Positions 9,963 through 18,383 of a stretch of 64,000 bases of DNA are shown here, piece by piece. A model generated the notes under the pieces. It searched no databases. It saw only the letters and a list, made by a program, of their open reading frames with translations, and was not told the DNA's origin. Origin of the DNA: a virus; IMG/VR virus record IMGVR_UViG_3300026136_000008. The stretch is one strand, 5' to 3'. How positions within the stretch are numbered: the stretch's first letter is position 1; every line of letters begins with the position of its first letter. A program made the translations under genes and the position numbers.

Positions 9963-10909
9963 TATGGATCTCCAAACGGATTAGTTTCTGAGAAATCAAT
10001 AATGTCATCACCTAACAATTCAAAATCATCATTATCTGCATATACACTAGTGTTATATTCAGTCTTAGTAGTGCCTGTTAAGTCTACTGTAATTTGTCTT
10101 GAGCTGCCGGATTTTTGACCGACAAGTAATCTTGTAGCATGTACAGCATTTTGCATAAATGTACCGTCACCATTTGTTGATTGATGTGGAGATACAAGTG
10201 TGACTGTATATGTTGTATCATTTACATATTCGTATCCAGCAACCTTTGCAATTATATTAATAGCATCACCATTACCATCAACACTTCCTGTATCTTGATG
10301 GACATATTCTCCAATTTCAAAATGATTAGTATCAGATGCAGCCGTAGTTGTGTATGAATAAGAGTTTGCATGTTTTAATTCTATATCATCAATCTCTGGC
10401 ATACCAGTATCAAAATTCTGATCATTATATTCAAACAACTCAGCTGTTAGAGTATATGTAGGTAGATCTGCTATTTGGAAGAATGGTAGTTTAGGTTCTA
10501 CATATTTGATTTCAAATAACCTATCAGTCATTGGCATGTATACAAGATCACCTTCACCAGGTTTAGATAATAATTGATGACCTTGTGCTGTAGAAAGATT
10601 TACACCTACAATATGGTCCCAACGTTTCTTAGGTATTACAAATGTACCTTGGTCACGAATCTCTAAACCAAATTTATTTAATAGATTACCATCACCTTCA
10701 AATCCTTCAGTGTTCTCTATAAAGCATTCTATTGGATAGGCGGAACGATATTGATTATATGTTTCGTTTAAGATTGCATCTTCGTATATCTGTTCACGCG
10801 GAATGTATATAACATCTTGACCAAACATTTTAATGCTTTCAAGTACTAAATCTTCGTAAAGGTCCTGCTCAGATCGTACAGCACCGTTAAAATATACACT
10901 AGTTGCCAT
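9962..10909 (-). CDS. gp14: Neck protein (gp14)
   Basis: EQDLYEDLVLESIKMFG, KFGLEIRD, PGEGDL, DFSETNPFG. Confidence 0.94.
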   Translation of the reverse strand: MATSVYFNGAVRSEQDLYEDLVLESIKMFGQDVIYIPREQIYEDAILNETYNQYRSAYPIECFIENTEGFEGDGNLLNKFGLEIRDQGTFVIPKKRWDHIVGVNLSTAQGHQLLSKPGEGDLVYMPMTDRLFEIKYVEPKLPFFQIADLPTYTLTAELFEYNDQNFDTGMPEIDDIELKHANSYSYTTTAASDTNHFEIGEYVHQDTGSVDGNGDAINIIAKVAGYEYVNDTTYTVTLVSPHQSTNGDGTFMQNAVHATRLLVGQKSGSSRQITVDLTGTTKTEYNTSVYADNDDFELLGDDIIDFSETNPFGDP

Positions 10910-10912
10910 TTA

Positions 10913-11656
10913 TTATCCCATTATGAAGTTGTCAGGAGTCATCCATGCCAACCTGCATTCTTCTTCTAATTCTTTTATTTCCTCTATGGCATCATCAAAC
11001 ATTTGACGGCCATTCAATGTTATACCACCTGGCAATTGGAAGCCTTCGAATTTCATCATGTTCGCTCCCCATTGACGTTTAATTAATGCGGTAAGATATT
11101 TCTTTAAAAAGTGATCGTTAAAAACATCAGTGTATGTTGAAGGATCTAAAATAGAATATACTTCTAATACAATATACTCACCAGCAGCTAGTCCGCCAAA
11201 TCCTTCATCCATATGTATTCTATTCATATGTCTACTAAATCTTATATGCTCTTGGCTATTTAATCTGTGGTCAACTAACGATAATTTTTGTTGAGACATT
11301 TCATATTCTTGCATTTGAGTGCTTAAACCTTGTAATAAGAATATATCATTTTGTCTCATATGATAACCCATATCAAATAATGAACTACCTGTTGTTGCAT
11401 TAATTTTAAGCATGCGTACTACAGATGTAACCGAATCATTTAAAGTAATATAATTATTTGTTATATCAGATGCAGTAAGCTCATGCTTTATATATTCACG
11501 AATTACACCATCAGAATGGTATTCTTGATAGAATTGTAATGCATCGTCAGTACGATCTTCAATTTGGTCATCGTCCACGTTGACTTCTATCACTGGAGAT
11601 CCTAATGATCTCAAGCAATATTCTTGTAACGTAGCTCTCGAGTTCGGTTTTGCCAT
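10913..11656 (-). CDS. gp13: Neck protein (gp13)
   Basis: YCLRSLGSPVIEVNVDDDQ, KRQWGANMMKF, LPGGITLNG. Confidence 0.94.
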   Translation of the reverse strand: MAKPNSRATLQEYCLRSLGSPVIEVNVDDDQIEDRTDDALQFYQEYHSDGVIREYIKHELTASDITNNYITLNDSVTSVVRMLKINATTGSSLFDMGYHMRQNDIFLLQGLSTQMQEYEMSQQKLSLVDHRLNSQEHIRFSRHMNRIHMDEGFGGLAAGEYIVLEVYSILDPSTYTDVFNDHFLKKYLTALIKRQWGANMMKFEGFQLPGGITLNGRQMFDDAIEEIKELEEECRLAWMTPDNFIMG

Positions 11657-11679
11657 GATGTTTCCTTGTTATATAGACT

Positions 11680-11687
11680 TATTTATA
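11680..11687 (-). promoter_or_regulatory. Late promoter TATAAATA
   Basis: Exact consensus upstream of gp13. Confidence 0.8.
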
Positions 11688-11693
11688 TAAAAC

Positions 11694-12524
11694 CTACCAC
11701 CCAAACCGCGCTTTGATAGTGTCAATTAGTCCACTATATCGTGATTTTTCTATTTCTTTTAAAAGCGAATCCGCTAAAAGAGCTCCTGGAAGCACATCTT
11801 TTAATTGGATAGTTGTTTGTTCCGCGGTTCTATAATGTACTGTAAAGAATCCAGTCAATCTATTCAATGTTGCAGCGTCTGGATTTGTATGGTGATTATT
11901 TGTATATAAATCTTTTGCTGCTGTTACATCACCAAAGGATAACAGTCTAAAATTAGAGTCTTTAGATTTTTTACTATGTAAATGCACAAATGCTAACGCT
12001 AATTGTTGGTCATACGTTAATGCATTTAATTCGGTCTCATGATGATATGTGCCGTTATCTATTTTTTGTTTTAGGTTAGATATAAAGAATGGCGTACTAA
12101 TAGTTCCTAATGGACGACTATACGGTTTCCATGTTCTTACATCTTTCCTTGCATTAAATCTATCTAAATGCCCAATGTATCTATTCACTGCGGTTTCTAC
12201 AGAGTCAACCGTAAACTGTACATAACCATATGCTGTAGTGCTACTTGCCGCTGCATCTTTTTTCCAATCTGATTCTATACCAACTAACTCATCCATAAAC
12301 CATAATACATTACCTTCAAACGCATGATATTTAAAATCATCAAGTTCTGCTTGAGTGAAATATCCTTGAGATGATGTTTGGAATCTTCGTATATCGTCGT
12401 ATACTAGTTGTGTTGCCTGGGTTAAGAATGAACCAGGTGATTCTCTTAGATTTGCTTTCGCAGAATAGTCATCGGCTGTCGAGACGAAGCGAATCGTTGC
12501 TTGAGTTGGTATTGATACTGCCAT
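11694..12524 (-). CDS. Hypothetical protein with a lytic-transglycosylase/lysozyme-like motif
   Basis: GIESDWKKDAAASSTTAYGYVQF resembles the SLT motif ES....A.S..GA.G.MQ. Confidence 0.45.
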   Translation of the reverse strand: MAVSIPTQATIRFVSTADDYSAKANLRESPGSFLTQATQLVYDDIRRFQTSSQGYFTQAELDDFKYHAFEGNVLWFMDELVGIESDWKKDAAASSTTAYGYVQFTVDSVETAVNRYIGHLDRFNARKDVRTWKPYSRPLGTISTPFFISNLKQKIDNGTYHHETELNALTYDQQLALAFVHLHSKKSKDSNFRLLSFGDVTAAKDLYTNNHHTNPDAATLNRLTGFFTVHYRTAEQTTIQLKDVLPGALLADSLLKEIEKSRYSGLIDTIKARFGW

Positions 12525-12541
12525 AATTAAAAAGGCAAGAG

Positions 12542-12832
12542 CTAACTTGATTTTTTTCTCGTCGGGGCATTCCGTCTTTGATTTACATCTTTCGCATCAA
12601 TGCCCATCTTTGCGGCATCCCCATATTTTTTCATAGTCTTTTTCAGATAAGCTTGTTTTTTAGCTCTACGAGCAGCTGGACTTAATTCATCTAAGTCATG
12701 TACATAACCCATCTTCTTCATCTTTATATGGTCATCATGTGTTTTTGCTTTATAACCCTTCTTTGTTTTAGGGTCATACATCATATGAGGTACAAACTCG
12801 TCTTTATTTTCGAATGCTTTAAATGATTTCAT
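12542..12832 (-). CDS. Basic hypothetical protein, probable head-internal protein
   Basis: N-terminus MKSFKAFE; Lys-rich. Confidence 0.55.
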   Translation of the reverse strand: MKSFKAFENKDEFVPHMMYDPKTKKGYKAKTHDDHIKMKKMGYVHDLDELSPAARRAKKQAYLKKTMKKYGDAAKMGIDAKDVNQRRNAPTRKKSS

Positions 12833-12834
12833 AC

Positions 12835-13266
12835 TTATACTTTATCAGCCAAATCTTTATCAGCTCCACCCCATGTACCTTTAGATTTTGTTACAAATGA
12901 GTTTACTCTTGCATGGCCCCACTGTTCAGGTGTTGTTCCAGGTCTATGACCACTCTTCCACGCAGCAACACCACGATTATAAACTTGTCTTAAAATGCTA
13001 ACTGGCATACCAGAAGCTTTAGCTTTCTTTGCTAATGACTTATCTTCTTTACCTTCATATACATCAGGATACATCTTCTGCATCTTTGTTGTATGGGTAG
13101 ACTTACGAGTCTTTGCTGTTTTATCTCCTACCGCTGGCTTATATGCATTTGGATCATCGTCATCCATCTTGGCTTGCTTTTTAAATTGAGCTTGCCTCTT
13201 TGCTTTACTTGATTTAGATAATCCTGAATGATATGCATCATTCTCAAACATCTTAAAACTTTTCAT
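12835..13266 (-). CDS. Basic hypothetical protein, probable head-internal protein
   Basis: N-terminus MKSFKMFE; conserved-looking LRQVYNRGVAAW...QWGHARVNSF domain. Confidence 0.6.
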   Translation of the reverse strand: MKSFKMFENDAYHSGLSKSSKAKRQAQFKKQAKMDDDDPNAYKPAVGDKTAKTRKSTHTTKMQKMYPDVYEGKEDKSLAKKAKASGMPVSILRQVYNRGVAAWKSGHRPGTTPEQWGHARVNSFVTKSKGTWGGADKDLADKV

Positions 13267-15266
13267 TAGTAACTCCTACGAGCCATTAACTCTTTCTTTT
13301 TCTTCTTACCTGCATTAGGTGCCATATCAACATGGCCATCACCAGCATTATTTGCTGCTGCATCTTCAGGTAATTTTTTACCAAACATAACTGAGTTTGC
13401 GGCTGCTAAAACAGTATCTACTTCACCGTCATAATCATAACGTGCATCAAGTTCAGCTTGGTGTTTCTTCTTTTCTTGTTTAGCTTTTGCTTTTTCACGT
13501 TTAATCTTTGCAGCTTCTTGTCTCTTTAATGCTTCTTTAAAACCTTTTGTTCTGCGATCTACAGTAGCTTCATTGACATCTTCAGTTCTCATACCCATAG
13601 CACCTAAAAATTTATGGACATCATCACCTTTACCCCAAACTGATATATCACCATCCTTATCATTACGTATAGTAACCTTATGCTTTTTCATTAATTTATC
13701 TTGTTTAGGAGTAAGCACTAATGTATCACCATCAACTTTAATTTTTAAAGCTTTTGCAGTAGTAACCTTTGTTGATTTATCATTATTACCTTTAAGCTTC
13801 TTATGCATGTACTCTTTGTCATGAGCCATCTGGCCTTTAGACATTGCTTCGTTAACAGATTCATTAGCCTTTCTAAGAATATCCATTACAACTGGATTAT
13901 CGCCTAAACCTTTTTTAAGCTTTTCAATATCTTTTAAAGCTCTTTCCATATCACCAGAATGCTTTTTCGCAATAGCTTTAACCTTTCTTTGAGTTAAAGC
14001 ATCTAATACAGGATATGCTTTATCTAATTTAGCACCTTTAACAGGTGGCATTTCTTTAGCACCACGACGAGCTTTCTCACGTGATCTCTTACTAGCGCCT
14101 GACAAACCAATGCTACGTGTAGAAAACATTTCATTAACTGATTCAAGCTTAATAGCTTTTTTAACTAACTCGACTTCTTTAGGAGTAAGAGATACACCAG
14201 CAACATCATCAACATATTCATCTTTCTCTTTTTTATCTGTAATATTATTTCTGCGTATAGCAGCAAGAGCTAAATCAAATATCTTTTTTGATGGTTTATT
14301 TAATTTTTTAGAAAACCGATTAGCTTCTTCAACTGATTCATCACGTTGCTTATTAGTTATATTGCTAGCTCCTTTATACTCAGGTGTGATATGATTATAG
14401 GTTTTTTTAATATCATCCTTTGACATTCCCATAGCCATAGCAAATTTATGAAGATCTTTTGGCTTACCAGCAACCCATCTAGGATCTCTTTTATCAACTG
14501 TTACATTAAATTTTTTCTTCAATGCAGCCCATTTTGATTTAGGTGCAAACTTTGCTGCACGCAATTTCGATAAATGAATCTCAGATTCGTTCATGTGACC
14601 ACAAGCACCTTCTTCATGCATCTTACCGCAATGCTCACACATGACCATCTTCTCGTTCATATCATAAGCTTCTTCTAATGCATCACCCGAGACTTTATTT
14701 TGACGAATAATGCTTAAAGGCTTTGGGTAGTGACTCTCCAATAACTCTGGGAATAGATCTTCGATATCCTCATCATCCATACCGTAATCGTCAGATGTTA
14801 ACCATGCAATAATTTTCTTTTTATCACCTGATACAAATGCTTGTCCATCACCTTTACCTTTGATGTTAATCTTCCATTTAGTAGAATCAAATTTAATATC
14901 TTTTCTATCACCCATGTAATCGATATCAATTGCATCTCTTGGTGCTAGCTTACCACGACCAGCCTTTGCAATAAGCTTACTTAAAGCTTCTGTTACCTGG
15001 CTAGCAGCTTTATCAGCTTGGTCTTCATCTGCATCTGCGTCAGTGTCAGGATCTAAATTATCTGGATCATCATAACGTTCATTCTTTTCAGGCTTCTCGT
15101 TATCTCCATCCCACCCAGCATCTAGCGCATCGTAAAATTTCTTCTTTTTATCACCTTCTAATTCGCTAGGCGATGATACTCCAAACTTTTTAAGAAGAGA
15201 ATTGAAGAATTTTTGGTAGGCTTCTTTGCCACCGGATGCTTCTCTAATTTGTTTAAGTGATTTCAT
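13266..15266 (-). CDS. Large Lys-rich modular protein, probable protease-processed head-internal polyprotein
   Basis: MKSLKQIRE N-terminus; repeated ESVNE/ESVEE/EDVNE junctions; CxxC...H...C module. Confidence 0.55.
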   Translation of the reverse strand: MKSLKQIREASGGKEAYQKFFNSLLKKFGVSSPSELEGDKKKKFYDALDAGWDGDNEKPEKNERYDDPDNLDPDTDADADEDQADKAASQVTEALSKLIAKAGRGKLAPRDAIDIDYMGDRKDIKFDSTKWKINIKGKGDGQAFVSGDKKKIIAWLTSDDYGMDDEDIEDLFPELLESHYPKPLSIIRQNKVSGDALEEAYDMNEKMVMCEHCGKMHEEGACGHMNESEIHLSKLRAAKFAPKSKWAALKKKFNVTVDKRDPRWVAGKPKDLHKFAMAMGMSKDDIKKTYNHITPEYKGASNITNKQRDESVEEANRFSKKLNKPSKKIFDLALAAIRRNNITDKKEKDEYVDDVAGVSLTPKEVELVKKAIKLESVNEMFSTRSIGLSGASKRSREKARRGAKEMPPVKGAKLDKAYPVLDALTQRKVKAIAKKHSGDMERALKDIEKLKKGLGDNPVVMDILRKANESVNEAMSKGQMAHDKEYMHKKLKGNNDKSTKVTTAKALKIKVDGDTLVLTPKQDKLMKKHKVTIRNDKDGDISVWGKGDDVHKFLGAMGMRTEDVNEATVDRRTKGFKEALKRQEAAKIKREKAKAKQEKKKHQAELDARYDYDGEVDTVLAAANSVMFGKKLPEDAAANNAGDGHVDMAPNAGKKKKKELMARRSY

Positions 15267-15268
15267 AT

Positions 15269-15619
15269 TTAGTTCCTTGTGTCTTGTTCGAAATGATTTG
15301 TCATCATTACTTCCATTTTAGTTAATTTTATCATGATCTCATTGTACCTTTCAGTACTACTCAATCTGAATTCTGTATTTACTTTAACATCATCAACGAT
15401 GTTCATTTGAGTATTTGTTATTTCAGATGCCCACCAAACCGCTGTCATTGTTTGACCGATGAGTGTAATAAATAACGCAAACCCAGCATTTCTAATCCAA
15501 TTAGGAACTCTTACACTTCGCTCTCGCCAAGAGTCCAATTCTTTTTCTTGACGTTGTAAAGCAGCGTGCATTCTCTCTAATTTATTCTCGATTTCGAGAA
15601 GTTTTACATCTGAATCCAT
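15269..15619 (-). CDS. Membrane protein with one TM helix and flanking coiled coils (holin-like?)
   Basis: Hydrophobic AGFALFITLIGQTMTAVWWAS segment. Confidence 0.5.
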   Translation of the reverse strand: MDSDVKLLEIENKLERMHAALQRQEKELDSWRERSVRVPNWIRNAGFALFITLIGQTMTAVWWASEITNTQMNIVDDVKVNTEFRLSSTERYNEIMIKLTKMEVMMTNHFEQDTRN

Positions 15620-15650
15620 TTATTTTCCCGAAATTGAGTTCCTATGAATG

Positions 15651-15658
15651 TATTTATA
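15651..15658 (-). promoter_or_regulatory. Late promoter TATAAATA
   Basis: Exact consensus upstream of the 15619 ORF and the internal-protein genes. Confidence 0.75.
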
Positions 15659-15661
15659 CAA

Positions 15662-16417
15662 CTACCAATTTTCAATATGTTTAACATATTCGGTCATAGC
15701 ATGGTCAGAAAAGTTATCAACTTTAAGCTGTTTTATACCACCCCACATACCTTTCATACGATCTTTAAACAAAGACAATCCGTTTAATTTAACAGGATAA
15801 TGAACTGTTCCATCATGTCCAATATACATACGTGTGCCATCATGCTTATAGTTCATAAGTCTTAATGGAACTCTTGTAACAATATCATTATTATTTTGCC
15901 ATCTATAATGACATATTTTTAATGATTTAACATAGTTTGGCCATCCAACTCTTGGAGAACCGTATGTAAATAAGCAATCAACCTCTGGAAAATCATAGTT
16001 AAGAGCACATCGACTAGCCATAATAGTAGCCATTGCAGCACCTAAACTGTGTCCACAAAACCATAAAGGTTTCTTTACATTGATTACATCGACAGAAACT
16101 TCAGGCCAAAGATCATCTACCTCGGCTTTAAATCCACGATGGACTCTACTTACTGTTTCTGATTTGACTGGAAATGCTTTCAGATCTGCTTTGAGATCAT
16201 TAAATTCCGTAGGTTCTGTGCCACGACAAGCAATTACAACATCTGTTTTATTCTCAAATCTATATGCTTGTGCTCCACCGATATCATAAAATTTTGTTTT
16301 AGTAAAACCATGTTCTTTCGCAAGCTTTTTCATATCCTTTTCATCGTTATATGCATCTCTTGCAAGTTTAGCAAAAAGTAAACTTTGCTCCTTTAAACTC
16401 ATTTCACGTATACTCAT
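15662..16417 (-). CDS. Lipase class 3 (alpha/beta hydrolase)
   Basis: CRGTE lid, GHSLG nucleophile elbow, TYGSPRVG, DIVTRVP, DHAM. True start likely ATG 16417 (TAATG overlap with the upstream small ORF). Confidence 0.9.
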   Translation of the reverse strand: MSIREMSLKEQSLLFAKLARDAYNDEKDMKKLAKEHGFTKTKFYDIGGAQAYRFENKTDVVIACRGTEPTEFNDLKADLKAFPVKSETVSRVHRGFKAEVDDLWPEVSVDVINVKKPLWFCGHSLGAAMATIMASRCALNYDFPEVDCLFTYGSPRVGWPNYVKSLKICHYRWQNNNDIVTRVPLRLMNYKHDGTRMYIGHDGTVHYPVKLNGLSLFKDRMKGMWGGIKQLKVDNFSDHAMTEYVKHIENW

Positions 16418-16548
16418 TACATTGCTCCCCAATCTTGGTAAGCTTTCCATGCACCCCAACCTATTGCAGCGATCGCAGCAATCTTAATAAATGATGTAGC
16501 AAATAACGCAATAAGCCCAAAGGCTATTAATCCCCAATTACTTCCCAT
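16417..16548 (-). CDS. 43-aa membrane peptide (not in the ORF track)
   Basis: MGSNWGLIAFGLIALFATSFIKIAAIAAIGWGAWKAYQDWGAM; TAATG couplings at both ends; GGAG SD. Confidence 0.7.
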   Translation of the reverse strand: MGSNWGLIAFGLIALFATSFIKIAAIAAIGWGAWKAYQDWGAM

Positions 16549-16820
16549 TATAGTTTCTCCTCTATTTCTGTTTCTAAATCTTCAATACGCATTTCTAATT
16601 GCTCGATCTTTGCAGCAATCTTTGGATTGACTTTCTTCCAAGCATCTTCATCTTGGTTTAACCAAGTCCATCCATACTTGTCTCTAAAATAATCTACTGT
16701 ATCATCAATCTTACCATATGCCCATAAGCCAATACGTGTATCTTTAATATACGCTAGAAAAGCTGCACCTAATAATGCTCCTGCAATACTCGTATAAATC
16801 CATAGTCTATCTTCAAACAT
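16548..16820 (-). CDS. Small membrane-anchored coiled-coil protein
   Basis: N-terminal hydrophobic helix; GAGGAG SD. Confidence 0.65.
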   Translation of the reverse strand: MFEDRLWIYTSIAGALLGAAFLAYIKDTRIGLWAYGKIDDTVDYFRDKYGWTWLNQDEDAWKKVNPKIAAKIEQLEMRIEDLETEIEEKL

Positions 16821-16821
16821 A

Positions 16822-17001
16822 TTAACTCTCCTCGAATGGTGACATTGCTCCTAACGGTGGAAGTCGTACTTCTCCTGTACACACCCCGTTATTATATGAT
16901 TTAAAATCTTTCCCTAATTCTTTTTGATATACATCTTTCATATATGTGTCTTGCTCATTAACTTCTTTGAGGTTTTCTTCATCGGCTGTTTCAAGCACCA
17001 T
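16822..17001 (-). CDS. 59-aa hypothetical protein (not in the ORF track)
   Basis: MVLETADEENLKEVNEQDTY...PFEES; AGGAG SD; fills the gap exactly. Confidence 0.6.
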   Translation of the reverse strand: MVLETADEENLKEVNEQDTYMKDVYQKELGKDFKSYNNGVCTGEVRLPPLGAMSPFEES

Positions 17002-17010
17002 GCCTATCTC

Positions 17011-17280
<270 letters not shown>

Positions 17281-17283
17281 TTA

Positions 17284-17306
17284 TATTTATAATATTGCTA
17301 TTTATA
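17284..17306 (-). promoter_or_regulatory. Two tandem late promoters TATAAATA (17284-17291, 17299-17306)
   Basis: Two exact consensus copies upstream of the ferredoxin gene. Confidence 0.7.
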
Positions 17307-17318
17307 AGGCGGGTTTTC

Positions 17319-17326
17319 TATAAATA
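17319..17326 (+). promoter_or_regulatory. Late promoter TATAAATA driving the curli-like operon
   Basis: Exact consensus, divergent from the ferredoxin promoters. Confidence 0.8.
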
Positions 17327-17356
17327 TAGTAATGAATATATAAGGAGATTAGTGAT

Positions 17357-17635
17357 TTGGAATATTTAGATCTAGTAGCGGAAGTGGGTTTCCCTATAGT
17401 TGGAGCAGGAGCAGCAGGATATTTTGTATATTTAACGCTTAATTTTATCTTAGATGGTGTATTAGATGACATTAAGCAACAAAGAATGTTTGCTCAAGCT
17501 TTAGATAATAGGGTTAAAACTATGAATAGCGAGTTAATTCGAATCGATGTGAAGATGTGTCAGGCATTTGGTATAAGACCTGATACAGATAGAATCGCAA
17601 GAGCAGATGGTAAGACTGATGCGAGGAGGGATTAA
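17357..17635 (+). CDS. Small single-TM membrane protein (GFPI motif, YvrJ/holin-like)
   Basis: TTG start after AAGGAG; VGFPIVGAGAAGYFVYL; paralog of the next gene. Confidence 0.7.
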   Translation: MEYLDLVAEVGFPIVGAGAAGYFVYLTLNFILDGVLDDIKQQRMFAQALDNRVKTMNSELIRIDVKMCQAFGIRPDTDRIARADGKTDARRD

Positions 17636-17952
17636 TGGAAGTTCCTGAAGTAGTAGTTGAGCAACAATCCACAATAGGTTCATTAATTAGTGATTATGGG
17701 TTTCCCATTATTGCCGCATTTGCAATGGCCTACTTCATATATTTTATATGGACATGGGTATCTACAAAGGTAGACCCAGTTATAGGTGACAGTCACATGA
17801 CGTTAATTGCATTAATTGATAGGGTAAGAATGTTAGATAACGATTTAATTCGACTTAATGCTAAGTTGGATATGATATTACAGGAGAGGGAAAGACGTGA
17901 AAAAAATAATAGCGATAATAGCTATAACACTGACGACGATTTGCCAGGCTAG
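17635..17952 (+). CDS. Small single-TM membrane protein, paralog of the preceding gene
   Basis: YGFPIIAAFAMAYFIYFIW...RVRMLDNDLIRL vs RVKTMNSELIRI. Confidence 0.7.
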   Translation: MEVPEVVVEQQSTIGSLISDYGFPIIAAFAMAYFIYFIWTWVSTKVDPVIGDSHMTLIALIDRVRMLDNDLIRLNAKLDMILQERERREKNNSDNSYNTDDDLPG

Positions 17953-18379
17953 TCAGCTAACCTTTGATTTTAGTAATCCTTCGTTTAGCGGCGACGGATA
18001 TTCAAGTCATGTATTATCTATTTCTCAACTTGAGTACAATAGAAAGGAAGCAGTAAAAGACGATTTAATAGCTGCGCAAAAGGCAGCCGAAAGGGCAGAA
18101 TCGAATACAACTCTTGCTAAGTTTGTAACGAATGTTGAAAGTCGTATATTTGCAAACTTATCTAAACAAATGGTTGATAATATGTTTGGTACGAATTGTA
18201 CTGAAGATACTACAACAACCGAAGTAGAATGTCCACTAAGTGGTGAAGCAAAGTTACCTGATGGCTCGACAGTTTATTGGGCAAAAGATGAAACAGCAGA
18301 AACAATTACGTTAACTGTTACTGATGCTAATGGTAGTATAACTGAATTAGTAGTACCAGTTGGAGACTTTAAATTTTAA
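17897..18379 (+). CDS. csgF: Curli assembly protein CsgF
   Basis: Signal peptide followed by SQLTFDFSNPSFSG (CsgF N-terminal FxNPxFxG); C-terminal ITLTVTD..G.ITELVVP. Confidence 0.85.
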   Translation: MKKIIAIIAITLTTICQASQLTFDFSNPSFSGDGYSSHVLSISQLEYNRKEAVKDDLIAAQKAAERAESNTTLAKFVTNVESRIFANLSKQMVDNMFGTNCTEDTTTTEVECPLSGEAKLPDGSTVYWAKDETAETITLTVTDANGSITELVVPVGDFKF

Positions 18380-18383
18380 AATT

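Noticed and set aside
15662-16459. ORF-track starts for the lipase (16459), cyclase (22227), CsgG (18360) and the 31537 oxygenase
   Set aside because: Downstream ATGs fit the gene overlaps, signal peptides or promoter positions better
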